From Geosiphon pyriformis uo1 (taxonomy: Eukaryota; Fungi; Glomeromycota): 64,000 nt of DNA. The translations under genes were made by a program, and so were the position numbers. Each line of letters starts with the position of its first letter. The first letter of the stretch is position 1. Shown in pieces: positions 62,689 to 64,000 of this stretch. The stretch is taken from NCBI GenBank assembly GCA_016748015.1, contig JAAOMT010000534.1, positions 76,654 to 140,653 of the forward strand, written 5' to 3'. The notes under the pieces are model-generated. The model ran no database searches, was not told the origin of the DNA, and saw only the letters and a program-made list of their open reading frames with translations.

Positions 62689-64000
62689 TGTTTTTTTTTA
62701 AGAAAAAAAACAAAAATGCAAGGAGTGAAGGGGAAAGAACTTGGTTGAAAGGAGGAATGAAAATAATAGATTATAATTTAATTGAGCAACAAAAAGAGCG
62801 AAAACAATTTAACGCCGCCTGACGAAAAGGACATGTTTTTTTGACAAAGAAAATTCTCTAAAAGTGATTAATGAATATTGTACTGATCATGATTTACTTA
62901 ATCTTAGATTAAAGATAAAATTGATGATCAAATTTCGGAGAAAGAAGTTTCAAAAAAAAAAAAAAAAAAATTTTAATTGTTAAGCTCATGAAGGAAACTC
63001 TTCTAGCAACTGTTACGGCTACACGTTTTATAAATTATTCTAAAAATGTAGATATATATGTCTCGAAAGGAAGGTTTGATTTTAATAGAGAGAGTTTAGG
63101 AAAGTCGAAACGGCTGTGCAGAAAAAAAAACACTATCAATAATTTATTATCGGCTATTAGCGATCAGATATTAATAATATTATTAATATTATTAATAAAG
63201 GATGAACTGATAGTTGTTAAATGATCGCTGATGCCTATTTTTTATAGGGTGAATTTGTCATTTGAACAATTATTGGTTACCGGGTTAACAAATAAAAAGT
63301 TAGCAACCACTCACTTTTGGTTCTTTTTCAAACGGTCACCACCTATTGAGATAATTTGATTCGAACTAATAACCTAGTTTAGATTTATTTATAAGAAACC
63401 CAATCTAACCCAATCAAATAAGCATCTGGATTCCAGGCACAGAGAACAAAACCTTTTTGAACAAATTAATGAATGAGAGGGCACGGATATTTTAGATCTC
63501 ATTGACCTGATTCATTTGTTATCCTTTTTGTGAGAAACGATTTTACTATTTTTGGAGTTTATTTCGGAACCCAACATTTATTGAAAATAGAGATAGAAAT
63601 ATATTTTTTTGAACATTTTTTTTGGATTCCTAAAAAGTTTCCATTAAGAACAAAGCCTTATTGATATTGAAAATTTACGATAATTTTTCTTTCTTTCTTT
63701 CTTTCTTTGATATATAATTACATTTATCAATTCTATTTAGTAGTAGATTCACAAAACAATCTCCGTTTTCGACTCCAAAATAATAGGGAGAATTTTTTAA
63801 AATTTGAAAAATTTGAATAAATAAATCTTTTTTGTTCAAAATATTATCAAATAATACAATTCAGTGGATAATTTAATCTTGATTAAAAAGGACAATTTTA
63901 AAATTTCCCCGAAATATCCTTGATAGATTAGTAAACATCATCATAATCATCATCATCATCATCCCTATAAGGATAATTTTGAAATCCTCATGGTGGTGAT

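Noticed and set aside
58449-62822. Poly-His and (CV)n ORFs
   Set aside because: Translations of CAT/CAC and TG microsatellites

Overview
Eukaryotic, intron-rich, AT-rich fungal genomic DNA with short GT-AG introns and many microsatellites. The gene families (class 3 lipases, KCTD-type BTB, non-PalB calpains) and TE types suggest an early-diverging fungus, probably Glomeromycotina; this is inference, not a search result. The window has two compartments. (1) About 4.5-28.3 kb is an extremely AT-rich block of nested dead transposons. It holds a complete Ty3/Gypsy element (two LTRs, 4-bp TSD, PBS, PPT, gag-PR-dUTPase-RT-RH-IN plus an extra 3' ORF) inserted into an APE-RT-RNase H LINE, a second LINE interrupted by an intron-containing pogo/Tigger transposon, and further relics. 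All are erased by C>T/G>A transitions in CpA, CpT, CpC and CpG contexts, a RIP-like signature. (2) The flanks carry intact genes: a Ser>Gly pseudo-lipase, a secreted acidic-pro/Arg-rich protein, and four calpains in which two catalytically intact genes flank two intact but catalytically dead paralogues. They also carry a DEDDh exonuclease with a CCHC knuckle, a second lipase, a BTB protein and two low-complexity proteins. The best candidates for undescribed systems are the broad-context RIP-like genome defence and the calpain/pseudocalpain cluster. Gene models and TE domains were read by eye; TE-internal coordinates are approximate.
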